DNA of 64,000 nucleotides, taken from positions 1 through 64,000 of the IMG/VR virus record IMGVR_UViG_3300025889_009691; one strand, 5' to 3'. Under the pieces are notes generated by a model, which saw nothing but the letters and a program-made list of their open reading frames with translations, ran no database searches and was not told the DNA's origin. The DNA is from a virus. Of this stretch, positions 35,766 to 44,617 are shown one piece after another (the first letter of the stretch is position 1; each line of letters begins with the position of its first letter). A program made the position numbers and the translations under genes.

Positions 35766-37052
35766 ATGAGTTTTGATGAAAGCCGACTCAACGAGCTGAA
35801 GTCTGCTCTTACCCAAAAGATGGATGAGCAGAAGCAGATCGCTGATTCGATGCAATTTGAGGGCACAACCCTCATCGCTGATGACGAAAAGAAGTCAGCA
35901 TTCCAGAATAACATGACCCAGATTCGTGAGATCAAGGGTCTTATTGAGGACATGAGCACTCTTCGTGACGTGTCCGCTTGGTCTTCAGAGGCCGAGTACA
36001 AGTCAGTTGCTGCTGAGGTTGCTGCTGGCGTTGAGTCAGAGGTTTCTCGTCACCGTTCAGTCGGTGATGCGTTCCTTAACTCAGAGGAGTTCAAGTCACT
36101 TCAGGGTGGCAAGGCTGGCGTAAACATGACCTCTCCGTTCATGGCCAAGTCGCTTCAGCAGAAGGACCTTTACTCAGGTCTTCCTACTGGCACTCCTGAC
36201 GCTTTCGGCGCTATTGAGCGTGACGGTATCGTCCCGATTGCTCAGCGTCGTAGCCGTGTGCGTGACCTTTTCCCGGCACGTACCACCAACTCAGCGGTTG
36301 TTGAGTACTTCCGTCAGACCGGCTTCACGAACAACGCTTCAGTTGTTCCTGAGTACTCGTCAGGCAACTTCGGTGCCAAGCCTCAGTCAACGATGACCTT
36401 CGTTGGTGAGCAGGCTCCGGTGCGGACGATTGCTCACTGGGAAGCCGCTCACCGTAACGTTCTTGCCGATGAGCCGCAGCTGCGTTCAATCATCGACAAC
36501 GAGCTTCTTTACGGTCTTCGTCTGACCGAGGATGCCCAGATTCTTTCCGGTGCTGGCACTGGTGAGGACCTTACTGGTATTCTCAACACCACTGACATCC
36601 AGACCTACGCATGGTCTGATGGCGCAACTTCACCTGTTGCTGACACCAAGGCCGATGCTCTCCGTCGTGCGGCTACTCTGGCATACCTTGCCTACTACGA
36701 GCCGACCGGCATCATCGTCCACCCGTCAGACTGGGAAGACATTGAGCTTACCAAGAACTCACAGGGCACGTACCTTCTTGCCATGTCAGTTGCTGGTGGC
36801 GCTGAGTCACGTGTCTGGCGTATCCCCGTCATTGACACTCCGGCCATCGCTGAGGGTACCGCTCTTGTCGGTGCGTTCGGTACTGGCGCTCAGCTGTACG
36901 ACCGTGAGGCTGCTTCAATCCGTATTTCGGAACAGCACTCAGACTTCTTCGTCCGCAACGCCATCGTGGTGCTTGCTGAAGAGCGTCTTGCCCTCGCTGT
37001 CAAGCGTCCCGAGGCGTTTGTGAAGGTCACCTTCGACGCCGAACCGAGCTGA
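35766..37052 (+). CDS. major capsid protein (HK97 fold) with N-terminal delta/scaffold domain
   Basis: N-terminal coiled coil; RDLFP, VRTIAHW, EDAQILSG, FVRNAIVVLAEERLALAVKRPEAFV; strong codon bias and SD. Confidence 0.95.
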   Translation: MSFDESRLNELKSALTQKMDEQKQIADSMQFEGTTLIADDEKKSAFQNNMTQIREIKGLIEDMSTLRDVSAWSSEAEYKSVAAEVAAGVESEVSRHRSVGDAFLNSEEFKSLQGGKAGVNMTSPFMAKSLQQKDLYSGLPTGTPDAFGAIERDGIVPIAQRRSRVRDLFPARTTNSAVVEYFRQTGFTNNASVVPEYSSGNFGAKPQSTMTFVGEQAPVRTIAHWEAAHRNVLADEPQLRSIIDNELLYGLRLTEDAQILSGAGTGEDLTGILNTTDIQTYAWSDGATSPVADTKADALRRAATLAYLAYYEPTGIIVHPSDWEDIELTKNSQGTYLLAMSVAGGAESRVWRIPVIDTPAIAEGTALVGAFGTGAQLYDREAASIRISEQHSDFFVRNAIVVLAEERLALAVKRPEAFVKVTFDAEPS

Positions 37053-37097
37053 TCCTAGAGATCAACTTAAGAGTTGCTAAAACTTAGCGACTAGTTC

Positions 37098-37130
37098 AAA
37101 GGCCCCCCGGCTTCGGTCGGGGGGCTTTTG
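37098..37130 (+). terminator. intrinsic terminator after the capsid gene
   Basis: AAAGGCCCCCCGGC-TTCG-GTCGGGGGGCTTTT. Confidence 0.9.
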
Positions 37131-37142
37131 CTATAATAGGGT

Positions 37143-37880
37143 ATGCCTATCTTTGAAGAAGATTCAGATTTGCCTATACCTACGTGGACTCGTGATGAAG
37201 TAGTGGTGCTTGAGTCTATTGATGAGTTTTATTCTGCTGGTATTATCAACATGCTTCAGTTTTTGGTTGCTGAAGAAGGCGCTGTTCTGGATGAGACAAT
37301 TGATTTGACTTTGGTCATGCACTCTGTTGTTAATGCTCACAATGATAAGTATTCGTTTGATCAGACAGATATTTTGTTGGCGTTGGCAAGCGAGTTTTGT
37401 TTGATTGATTCGGTTCATGACCGGCAGGTGCTGGCGGGTATTGAGTTGCTGGACAATGCTGTTCTGTACTTAGCGATGCACGACGAGCCTGACTATGCGT
37501 TAGAGGCGGCTGTGTGTCTCAGTCAAAGCAGCAGATCAATTATGCAAGTGTCAGCGGTACTTCCGTCTTTGTCGTTGTTTGGGCATTGGGAAGAATTTGC
37601 TGCTGTAATCATTAGTTCTATATTGACGCAGCGTGCCACATGTAGTAGAATGTCTGTACTGTACTCTGCTATAGAAACTCTAAATGTAGGGGTTGACAGC
37701 AAAGTTGACTTTGTGGATTACATCCGAAAGTTGTGTGCTGTCAATTTGCTTTCTCTGGAGATGCCGAAGTCATCTCAAGGAGAAGCATCAGTTCATTTAA
37801 ATACCCAGGCAGCTGGGTTGTTTTTGCTCTTCTCTAACAGAGTGGAGTTAGCGAAAGAACTAGCAAGCTTGTCAGTTTGA
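37143..37880 (+). CDS. hypothetical protein (leaderless)
   Basis: TATAAT-5 nt-ATG; 245-aa ORF. Confidence 0.65.
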   Translation: MPIFEEDSDLPIPTWTRDEVVVLESIDEFYSAGIINMLQFLVAEEGAVLDETIDLTLVMHSVVNAHNDKYSFDQTDILLALASEFCLIDSVHDRQVLAGIELLDNAVLYLAMHDEPDYALEAAVCLSQSSRSIMQVSAVLPSLSLFGHWEEFAAVIISSILTQRATCSRMSVLYSAIETLNVGVDSKVDFVDYIRKLCAVNLLSLEMPKSSQGEASVHLNTQAAGLFLLFSNRVELAKELASLSV

Positions 37881-38024
37881 CATGCTGCCACGTTCATGGT
37901 AGCATGATCTAGCAAGATTTTTGCAACTCTCACAATGACTTGACGATTGTAGTTCATTGTGGGTGGCTACAATAGTAAAACCATTATTTTTATACACACG
38001 TTCACAGCCATAGGAGGACATAAG

Positions 38025-39980
38025 GTGAACCCTTTTTTCATTTCAGACGACCACGCTAACGACTACGCAGACAAGATGCCTCCTTGGGGTTTCAACGGTC
38101 TGGGGTATGTAACGTATAAGCGTACTTATGCCCGACCTATTTTTGAAGGCAACACTGACGTTATTGAACGCACTGAGGAATGGCATGAGACTATTCAGCG
38201 AGTTGTTAACGGTGCACAGAACATTGGTGCCCAGTTGACACAGGATGAGGCTGAGCGTCTGTATGATTACTTGTTTAACTTGAAGGGTTCTGTTGCTGGT
38301 CGAATGCTTTGGCAGTTAGGTACTCCTAACAACCAGCGTTTGGGCGGCGACTCACTTGTGAACTGCTGGTTTGTTGACGTTCAGAAGCCTTCAGATTTTT
38401 CGTGGTCTGTTGAGCGCCTTATGCTTGGCGGCGGCGTAGGATTCTCATGCGATAAGCCTGAGCGTCTTGGTGTCGTCCGTAGTGCGTGGGTTTCCCATCA
38501 GGATGAGAACGATTCAGATTTCATTGTTCCTGATACTCGTGAGGGATGGGCTGAACTGATCCGTAAGGTGTTTGAATGCTACCTTGGCGATGATGACAAC
38601 CCTCGCTGGATGACATATGCAACTCATTTGATTCGTCCCGCTGGAGTTCCCATTAAGACGTTTGGTGGAACTGCTTCAGGACCTGAAATTCTTATCTCTG
38701 GTGTTGAAAAGATTTGCAAGGTGCTAGACGGTGCTGTTGGCCGCACGCTTACTTCCGTTGAGGTTCTTGACTGCATGAACATCATTGGCTCTATTGTTGT
38801 TGCCGGTAACGTTCGTCGCAGCGCTGAAATTGCGGTTGGCCGTCTTGACGATGAAGATTACCTGATGGCGAAGCGTTGGGACCTTGGCGATATTCCTATT
38901 GAGCGGGCCATGTCGAACAATACTGTTTTTGTTTCTCCTGAAGAAATGAAGGATATGCCTGATTTGATTTGGGAAGGGTACAAGGGCAACGGCGAACCTT
39001 ACGGGTTCTTTAACCTAGAAGCTTCACGTCAGTTTGGCCGCATGGGCGAAGAGCGTCCTGATCCTTCAATTGTTGGCGTTAACCCTTGCGCTGAAATCCC
39101 TCTGGCTAACCGTGAGTCGTGCAATCTGTCTGAGATTTTCCTTCCCATGATTGATTCACCTGAGCAGCTTAAGGATGTTGCCAAGTTGCTGTACAAGGTC
39201 CAGAAGGCTACTGCCGCTTTGTCGTACCTTGATCCTGCGTCTGATAAGATCACTTCTCAGAACATGCGTTTGGGTCTTGGTATTACTGGTGTTGCTCAGG
39301 CTCTTGACAAGATTGATTGGCTAGATGAGACTTACACTGAACTGCGTGAGTTGGATGCTGCGTGGTCAGAGGAGCGTGGCTGGCCTGAGTCTGTTCGTCT
39401 TACCACGATTAAGCCTTCTGGTACGCTTAGCCTTCTTCCCGGTGTGACCCCCGGTGTTCACCCCGGCTTTAGCCAGTACTTCGTTAAGCGTATGCGTATG
39501 TCTGCTACGGATGTGCTTGTAAACTACTGCAGGTCAAAGGGGTTCTATGTAGAGCCTCTGCGTAACTTTGATGGTTCAGAAGATCATCGGACGGTGGTTG
39601 TAGAGTTCCCTTGTGCGTTCCCTGAGGGCACTGTGTTGGCTGAGGATATGACTGCTATTGAGCAGATGGACCTTGTTCGCCGTTTGCAGAAGGTTTGGGC
39701 AGACAACGCTATTTCGGTGACTGTCTACTACAAGAGCGAAGAGCTTGACGGTATCCGTGAGTACCTTGCGGAGCATTGGAGCGAGATGAAGTCTGTTTCG
39801 TTCTTGCTGCATAGCGAGCACGGGTTTGATCAGGCCCCTATGGGGGAGTTGACGAAGGACGAGTATGAAACCGTGCTTAAGACCACTTCGCCTCTTGGAG
39901 AGAAGCTTACTGGTTCAACTATCATGTCGGACGACGAGTTCGATGCGGAGTGCGCCACTGGAGCTTGCCCTATCCGATAA
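38025..39980 (+). CDS. nrdJ: class II (adenosylcobalamin-dependent) ribonucleotide reductase
   Basis: YKRTYAR, SLVNC, GGGVGF, VVAGNVRRSA, GVNPCAEI, CNL, TTIKPSGT, C-terminal ECATGACPIR; GTG start after GGAGG. Confidence 0.93.
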   Translation: MNPFFISDDHANDYADKMPPWGFNGLGYVTYKRTYARPIFEGNTDVIERTEEWHETIQRVVNGAQNIGAQLTQDEAERLYDYLFNLKGSVAGRMLWQLGTPNNQRLGGDSLVNCWFVDVQKPSDFSWSVERLMLGGGVGFSCDKPERLGVVRSAWVSHQDENDSDFIVPDTREGWAELIRKVFECYLGDDDNPRWMTYATHLIRPAGVPIKTFGGTASGPEILISGVEKICKVLDGAVGRTLTSVEVLDCMNIIGSIVVAGNVRRSAEIAVGRLDDEDYLMAKRWDLGDIPIERAMSNNTVFVSPEEMKDMPDLIWEGYKGNGEPYGFFNLEASRQFGRMGEERPDPSIVGVNPCAEIPLANRESCNLSEIFLPMIDSPEQLKDVAKLLYKVQKATAALSYLDPASDKITSQNMRLGLGITGVAQALDKIDWLDETYTELRELDAAWSEERGWPESVRLTTIKPSGTLSLLPGVTPGVHPGFSQYFVKRMRMSATDVLVNYCRSKGFYVEPLRNFDGSEDHRTVVVEFPCAFPEGTVLAEDMTAIEQMDLVRRLQKVWADNAISVTVYYKSEELDGIREYLAEHWSEMKSVSFLLHSEHGFDQAPMGELTKDEYETVLKTTSPLGEKLTGSTIMSDDEFDAECATGACPIR

Positions 39981-40010
39981 TTTGACTTCCGCCAAAGGGG
40001 CGGGTATAAT

Positions 40011-40529
40011 ATGTTCATGATTGGATTGAATGAACAGTTTCCCCCCTTTGGCGCAGTCGGTGTTACGGCGTCAAACGAATTTACTAATGTAAGCCTAGAC
40101 GACTTTGATGGTCGTTGGAAGGTATTCTATTTTTACCCTAAGGACTTTACGTTTATCTGTCCTACTGAGATTAAGGAAATGGATCGTGTTCTTGATGAGG
40201 ATGCGGTTGTTGTTGGTTTCAGTGGCGACAATGAGTTCTGCAAGTTGAATTGGAAGAAGTCCAACGACCTGATTAGAGACATCAGGCATACTCTTGTGGC
40301 TGATACAGGTCTGTATTTGGCTGAGTACTTGGGTGTGGTTGATGACTCAGAAGGCGTCGCTTTGCGTGCCACGTTTATTGTTGACCCTATGAATGTCATC
40401 AGGTCAATTACTGTAAACGATGTGGACACTGGCCGTAACGTAGATGAGACTATTCGTACTCTAAACGCTATTCGTGCGGGCGGTCTTACTGGGTGTTCTT
40501 GGACTCCCGGCGACACGTTTGTTGGCTGA
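40011..40529 (+). CDS. ahpC: peroxiredoxin (AhpC/TSA family)
   Basis: FYFYPKDFTFICPTE, ALRATFIVDP, GRNVDETIR. Confidence 0.92.
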   Translation: MFMIGLNEQFPPFGAVGVTASNEFTNVSLDDFDGRWKVFYFYPKDFTFICPTEIKEMDRVLDEDAVVVGFSGDNEFCKLNWKKSNDLIRDIRHTLVADTGLYLAEYLGVVDDSEGVALRATFIVDPMNVIRSITVNDVDTGRNVDETIRTLNAIRAGGLTGCSWTPGDTFVG

Positions 40530-40585
40530 TTTTTTATTATAGTCAGTAAACTTGCACTGTTGTGCAACTTGGGGATATAGATTAT

Positions 40586-40715
40586 TTCTTGTACCGGCAA
40601 GAATGACTAACCCCAAGGAGGTTGATTGTGGATATCGGTTAAGACGCCGGTAACCGATATGCGATCAAGTATCTGAGCGGGGTTCGGTCATTGCACCGGA
40701 CCCCGTTCTTGTTTT
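40586..40715 (+). ncRNA. candidate ~125-nt structured RNA/minigene with terminator
   Basis: Three consecutive hairpins; loops 1 and 2 are complementary; exposed AAGGAGG. Confidence 0.45.
40676..40715 (+). terminator. intrinsic terminator
   Basis: GAGCGGGGTTCGGT...ACCGGACCCCGTTC followed by TTGTTTT. Confidence 0.75.
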
Positions 40716-40726
40716 AGAATATTGTT

Positions 40727-41092
40727 ATGACTTCGCTTCAAGAACTGCACGAGCATAAGCTACACGTGGACTTAATGTATCTTGCTGATATGGTGGAAGT
40801 TGCTGGAGTTTCTCAAACGGTTCCTGTCGATGCTGAGGGGGCCGTTTCTTTGTCTTATGCGATAGCCATGCTGTGTGGTGCGACTGCATATCCGCATGTA
40901 GATGACTTTGCTCATTTGTTGGAGATTGTGCCTGCGGTTAATCGCCGCAGGTTTATTTATTGTTGGGATGCGTTAGAGTTTGAGTTTGGTAGCGATATTG
41001 TGTCTTGGTCTGAGCATGTTGGAACCGTAGCTACTGTTAAAGGTATTCGTCGTTTAGCAAAAGAAATTGAGCATTTCAAAGTTTCCCCTTGA
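40727..41092 (+). CDS. hypothetical protein (leaderless)
   Basis: TAGAAT-6 nt-ATG. Confidence 0.65.
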   Translation: MTSLQELHEHKLHVDLMYLADMVEVAGVSQTVPVDAEGAVSLSYAIAMLCGATAYPHVDDFAHLLEIVPAVNRRRFIYCWDALEFEFGSDIVSWSEHVGTVATVKGIRRLAKEIEHFKVSP

Positions 41093-41123
41093 CATGGTAG
41101 ACGCTATTCACTAATATAGTTCT

Positions 41124-41513
41124 ATGAATCATGATATGAGATGGCGAAGGCACTATGAAGCCTTACTTCAATACAATGATCGTTTTGGAGACGCACTAGT
41201 TCCGAGCGGCCACGTTGAGTTTTTAGACTCCGGGGAAGAACTGAATTTAGGGAACTGGGTAAGTTACATGCGGACACGGTATCGACAAAACGCATTGCCA
41301 GCCCAACGAGTTGCTCTGCTAGAATCTATTCCTTCATGGGAGTGGGGGCCGGTGCGACCGGGACCAAAATCTAGAGATGTTGTATTAGTAAGAAATAACG
41401 AAATTATATCCAAGCACATGTCGGGCGGTGTGCCGTTGTCTACGTTAGCCCGAGAGTATGGTTTATCACGCCAAAGAATTCATCAAATAATTAAGGAGAA
41501 CACAAATGCGTAA
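41124..41513 (+). CDS. helicase-associated (HA) domain plus HTH protein
   Basis: W...YEALLQY...G...VP...LGNWVSYMR...LLESI; C-terminal LAREYGLSRQRIHQI; promoter TTGACA-17-TAATAT. Confidence 0.8.
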   Translation: MNHDMRWRRHYEALLQYNDRFGDALVPSGHVEFLDSGEELNLGNWVSYMRTRYRQNALPAQRVALLESIPSWEWGPVRPGPKSRDVVLVRNNEIISKHMSGGVPLSTLAREYGLSRQRIHQIIKENTNA

Positions 41514-41805
41514 TTCAGAAGAATGGGAACGAGTACTAAATCAGATGACTGAAAACAGTCAGCCAAAACCTAAGGTTACCCTGGGTATCTTGATCTCTGC
41601 TTTAATTTCAGTAGCAGCGATTAGTGCTTTTGGCGGTATGGCTATCATGCTGCTAAATATGGTCGTAAACAGTGCGTGGCCCAACCTAGACGTTTTGCGT
41701 CCCGGTATCGGCTATCGTCACGGAGCAGCTATTTTTGCTATCTGGTTTATCTGGTTTGGTTTTAAGACGCAGGTTGCAAACAACATTACTAAGGGAGAAG
41801 GCTAA
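41506..41805 (+). CDS. membrane protein (2 TM)
   Basis: Two hydrophobic segments; SD AAGGAG. Confidence 0.7.
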   Translation: MRNSEEWERVLNQMTENSQPKPKVTLGILISALISVAAISAFGGMAIMLLNMVVNSAWPNLDVLRPGIGYRHGAAIFAIWFIWFGFKTQVANNITKGEG

Positions 41806-42314
41806 TGTCTGTAGTTTCTGACGTAGCCACCTGGGATGCTGCGGCCAAAGAGCGACTTAAAGATGTATGGCTTTTTCATGCAGCCACGGTTTTCCAAGGT
41901 GAAGATTCATTAGAGCATATCCTTGTAAACTTGCGCAGCCATTTAGATGAGCTTATTGATACTTACTTTGGTACAAACGAAAGCCCTGAAAAGCATGAGT
42001 GGGTTATCACGGCAAAGTATGCCCTTTTGGCTGATAGTGGTCTGGCGGATGAGCCGGAGGATATGTGGCGGACTTTGTGCTCGAAACAGAATGACTATGG
42101 TCCGAATAACATTGCAAGGTTTGGCTCGTCGGGGGTTTTGCTGCGCATGCATGACAAGGTTGCCCGGTTAGAGAACTTGATTGGGAATGGCCTGACTGTT
42201 GAGAACGAATCGTTGCACGATACGTATTTAGACCTTGTTGGTTATTCTGTGATTGGTATGATGTTAGACGACGGCAGTTTCTTTTACCCTATGGGGGAGG
42301 ACTGGCAGAAGTAA
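41805..42314 (+). CDS. nucleotide-modification-associated (DUF1599/MazG-like) protein
   Basis: KQNDYG.NNI...GVLLRMHDKVARL.NL...ESLHDTYLDLVGY. Confidence 0.75.
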   Translation: MSVVSDVATWDAAAKERLKDVWLFHAATVFQGEDSLEHILVNLRSHLDELIDTYFGTNESPEKHEWVITAKYALLADSGLADEPEDMWRTLCSKQNDYGPNNIARFGSSGVLLRMHDKVARLENLIGNGLTVENESLHDTYLDLVGYSVIGMMLDDGSFFYPMGEDWQK

Positions 42315-42379
42315 TCGTGGGGTAGGGCTTAGGTACGGTATTATAGTAGTAATGTACGTTCCGATGGAGGAGAAAGCAT

Positions 42380-42520
42380 ATGCCCCCGACAACTGATAAG
42401 CCAGACACTGAAACGCCTAGACCTAGAGGGCTTATTGAGCGAGTTCTAGACGCTATTGATGCAGGCCGACGTGATGGTCTGTTGCCCCCTAATCCCAATA
42501 ATAGACCGCAGGCCGGTTAA
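42380..42520 (+). CDS. small Pro/Arg-rich protein (46 aa, not in ORF track)
   Basis: GGAGGAG SD before ATG; MPPTTDKPDTETPRPRGLIERVLDAI... Confidence 0.5.
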   Translation: MPPTTDKPDTETPRPRGLIERVLDAIDAGRRDGLLPPNPNNRPQAG

Positions 42521-42578
42521 GCGGATTTTTAGTCGTCACTTAGCTATTTAGCTTTGTATTATTCTTGGCAGGTCGTGA

Positions 42579-43220
42579 ATGGCTCTTATTACAGTTTCTG
42601 ATATTACAACATATATGGACATTACGCTCAGTAATGTGCAAGAAGACGCTGCTGAGATTGTCATTGACGGCCTACAAGCAGAGTTAGAAGCATACCTGCG
42701 CAGACCTATTGAGCAGCAGTCCTTTACTGAAACCTATCGAATCCCTGATGTAGGGCGTGGAGTAGTGAATCAGCAGTACTATTACAACTACACTACTGAT
42801 CCTTCCACGACGCTTACGTCTCCGGGTATTATCTATACTCCGATGTATACGTTGTATTTGGATAATAGTCCGGTTATTTCGGTTTCTTCTGTTTCGATTA
42901 CTCCTGCTTCTGCTTCTGCTACAGCGACTGATCAGGTGGCTGAGAGAGATTACATAACTCGTGATTATGGCATTGAGTTGTTTAATGCTTTTGCTAATGA
43001 CCGTGTTACGATAACATACACGGCTGGCCTAGATGGTGCCAACATCAAAGTTTTTAAGTTGCTGTTGTTGAGAGCGGCTGCCCGTGAGATGCAGAACATG
43101 CATGACGATGTGGTTGGTTTGAAGGATTTGACGACAAGAAATGTTGCACCTTTGGAGACTGGGTTTTCTGAGCGTGAGCTTATGAGCATTAAAAAGTACC
43201 GTAGAGTTAGGGTGGCCTAA
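42579..43220 (+). CDS. head-tail adaptor/connector
   Basis: Gene position; LEAYLRR...VTITYTAG...YRRVR pattern. Confidence 0.75.
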   Translation: MALITVSDITTYMDITLSNVQEDAAEIVIDGLQAELEAYLRRPIEQQSFTETYRIPDVGRGVVNQQYYYNYTTDPSTTLTSPGIIYTPMYTLYLDNSPVISVSSVSITPASASATATDQVAERDYITRDYGIELFNAFANDRVTITYTAGLDGANIKVFKLLLLRAAAREMQNMHDDVVGLKDLTTRNVAPLETGFSERELMSIKKYRRVRVA

Positions 43221-43221
43221 C

Positions 43222-43731
43222 ATGGCTGCTCAAGTACGTGTCAAAAAAGTCCGAACTGGACCTCTAAAGCGTCGATTTGCTACGATGGTGCGCAGGTCAA
43301 ATAACTTTAAGCCTGTGTTTCGTTGGGCTATGCGTGAGCTTGCGAATGCCCACGAGCAGTTGTTTGCGACAGAGGGTGCGGCTGCTGGTGGGCGGTGGGA
43401 GCGCCTTAACGAAGAGTATGCCTCGTGGAAGTTAGAGAACTACGGGGCAAACGGTATTCTTGTTGCTGATGGCTCATTGCGCCGGTCTTTAACTGCGATC
43501 AATTCAGGGCGTGGCGTTGTTCGTGATATTGGTGCTTCAAAAGCACAGTTTGGTACGTCAATTCCTTACGCTGACTACCACTTTACGGGAACTCGCAAGA
43601 TGCCTGAACGCAGACCACTTTTTGTTCCGAGAACGTTTTCTGACAGAACCGCATTTATAGTTGGCCGATATATTATGGACGGGCAAAAGGGTATTGATGC
43701 GGCGGCTGCTGCGGCAAAGGTGACGATCTAA
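43222..43731 (+). CDS. neck/virion morphogenesis protein (Mu gpG-like)
   Basis: F..EG...GRW..L...IL...G.LRRSL...FGT.IPYADYH..GT.KMPER. Confidence 0.78.
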   Translation: MAAQVRVKKVRTGPLKRRFATMVRRSNNFKPVFRWAMRELANAHEQLFATEGAAAGGRWERLNEEYASWKLENYGANGILVADGSLRRSLTAINSGRGVVRDIGASKAQFGTSIPYADYHFTGTRKMPERRPLFVPRTFSDRTAFIVGRYIMDGQKGIDAAAAAAKVTI

Positions 43732-43732
43732 A

Positions 43733-44605
43733 ATGATGTCAGGACCTAGATTAGCAAAATCATATGTGTCGAATTATCTCGTTAATGACATTCCGGGTAG
43801 GCTGCTTACGTATCGGAATCATTGGGGATTGAGTTCTTCTCAGCTTCCTGAGCCACGTAAGTATTTGTCGTATGAGCCGTTTGCTTTGGATGCTTGGCCG
43901 ACGTTAATTACGTTGGCTATTAGTACCGGCAATATTGAGCGGACTGATTATGCTGTTGATGCTGATCCTATTTTTAGGGTGACGTATCAAATGCGTACTT
44001 ATGTTTGGGTGCGTGATAGCGGTGGTCAGATTGTGACTGATCAGCGAGATAATCTTGTTGCTGTTGTTCGTGAAGCGCTTATGGACGGACCTTCGTTGTC
44101 TGCGTATGACTCGTCTGTTCCGTGCTATCCGAAGATTGATGAGTCTTCAATTCGTGAAGAGTTTTCTGATTTGACTTTGATCAAGGGTGAGCGTTTGCTA
44201 GCTGGCGCTTTTGTAGGTTATGATCTGTCTTTGGAAGAACGTGTAGATCATGATCCTCTTGGTGTGATGCAGTCTACGCAGGTAACTGTAGAGAAGATGG
44301 CGATCACCGCTAATGCTCCCACGAATCTTATTGCGGTTGCTGGAGATACTGAAGTTACTTTGTCTTGGACAGATTCAACATGGAACGGCGGCGTGTACGA
44401 TATTACTGGATATAACATTCAGCAGTCTTCAGATTCTGGTTCTACGTGGACGACTGTTGTGAGCGATACTGATTCTTTGGATACGGCTTATACTGTTACG
44501 GGTTTGACTAATGGCACGTCGTATCAGTTTAGGGTTGCTTCTGTTAATCAGGCTGGAGTGGGAGCGTATTCGGCTAGTAGCCTTGCTAAAACACCGACTG
44601 CGTGA
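43733..44605 (+). CDS. tail completion/terminator-like protein with C-terminal fibronectin type III domain
   Basis: APTNL...VTLSW...ITGYNIQ...YTVTGLTNGTSYQFRVASVN (Fn3). Confidence 0.75.
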   Translation: MMSGPRLAKSYVSNYLVNDIPGRLLTYRNHWGLSSSQLPEPRKYLSYEPFALDAWPTLITLAISTGNIERTDYAVDADPIFRVTYQMRTYVWVRDSGGQIVTDQRDNLVAVVREALMDGPSLSAYDSSVPCYPKIDESSIREEFSDLTLIKGERLLAGAFVGYDLSLEERVDHDPLGVMQSTQVTVEKMAITANAPTNLIAVAGDTEVTLSWTDSTWNGGVYDITGYNIQQSSDSGSTWTTVVSDTDSLDTAYTVTGLTNGTSYQFRVASVNQAGVGAYSASSLAKTPTA

Positions 44606-44617
44606 TAGGATAATACT

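Noticed and set aside
37880-38024. Cobalamin riboswitch or NrdR boxes upstream of nrdJ
   Set aside because: No B12-box or NrdR consensus recognisable; only a promoter-like sequence and a short inverted repeat.
1785-39980. Inteins or introns in RecA, TerL or NrdJ
   Set aside because: Lengths and motif spacing look normal, with no intein-type insertions.
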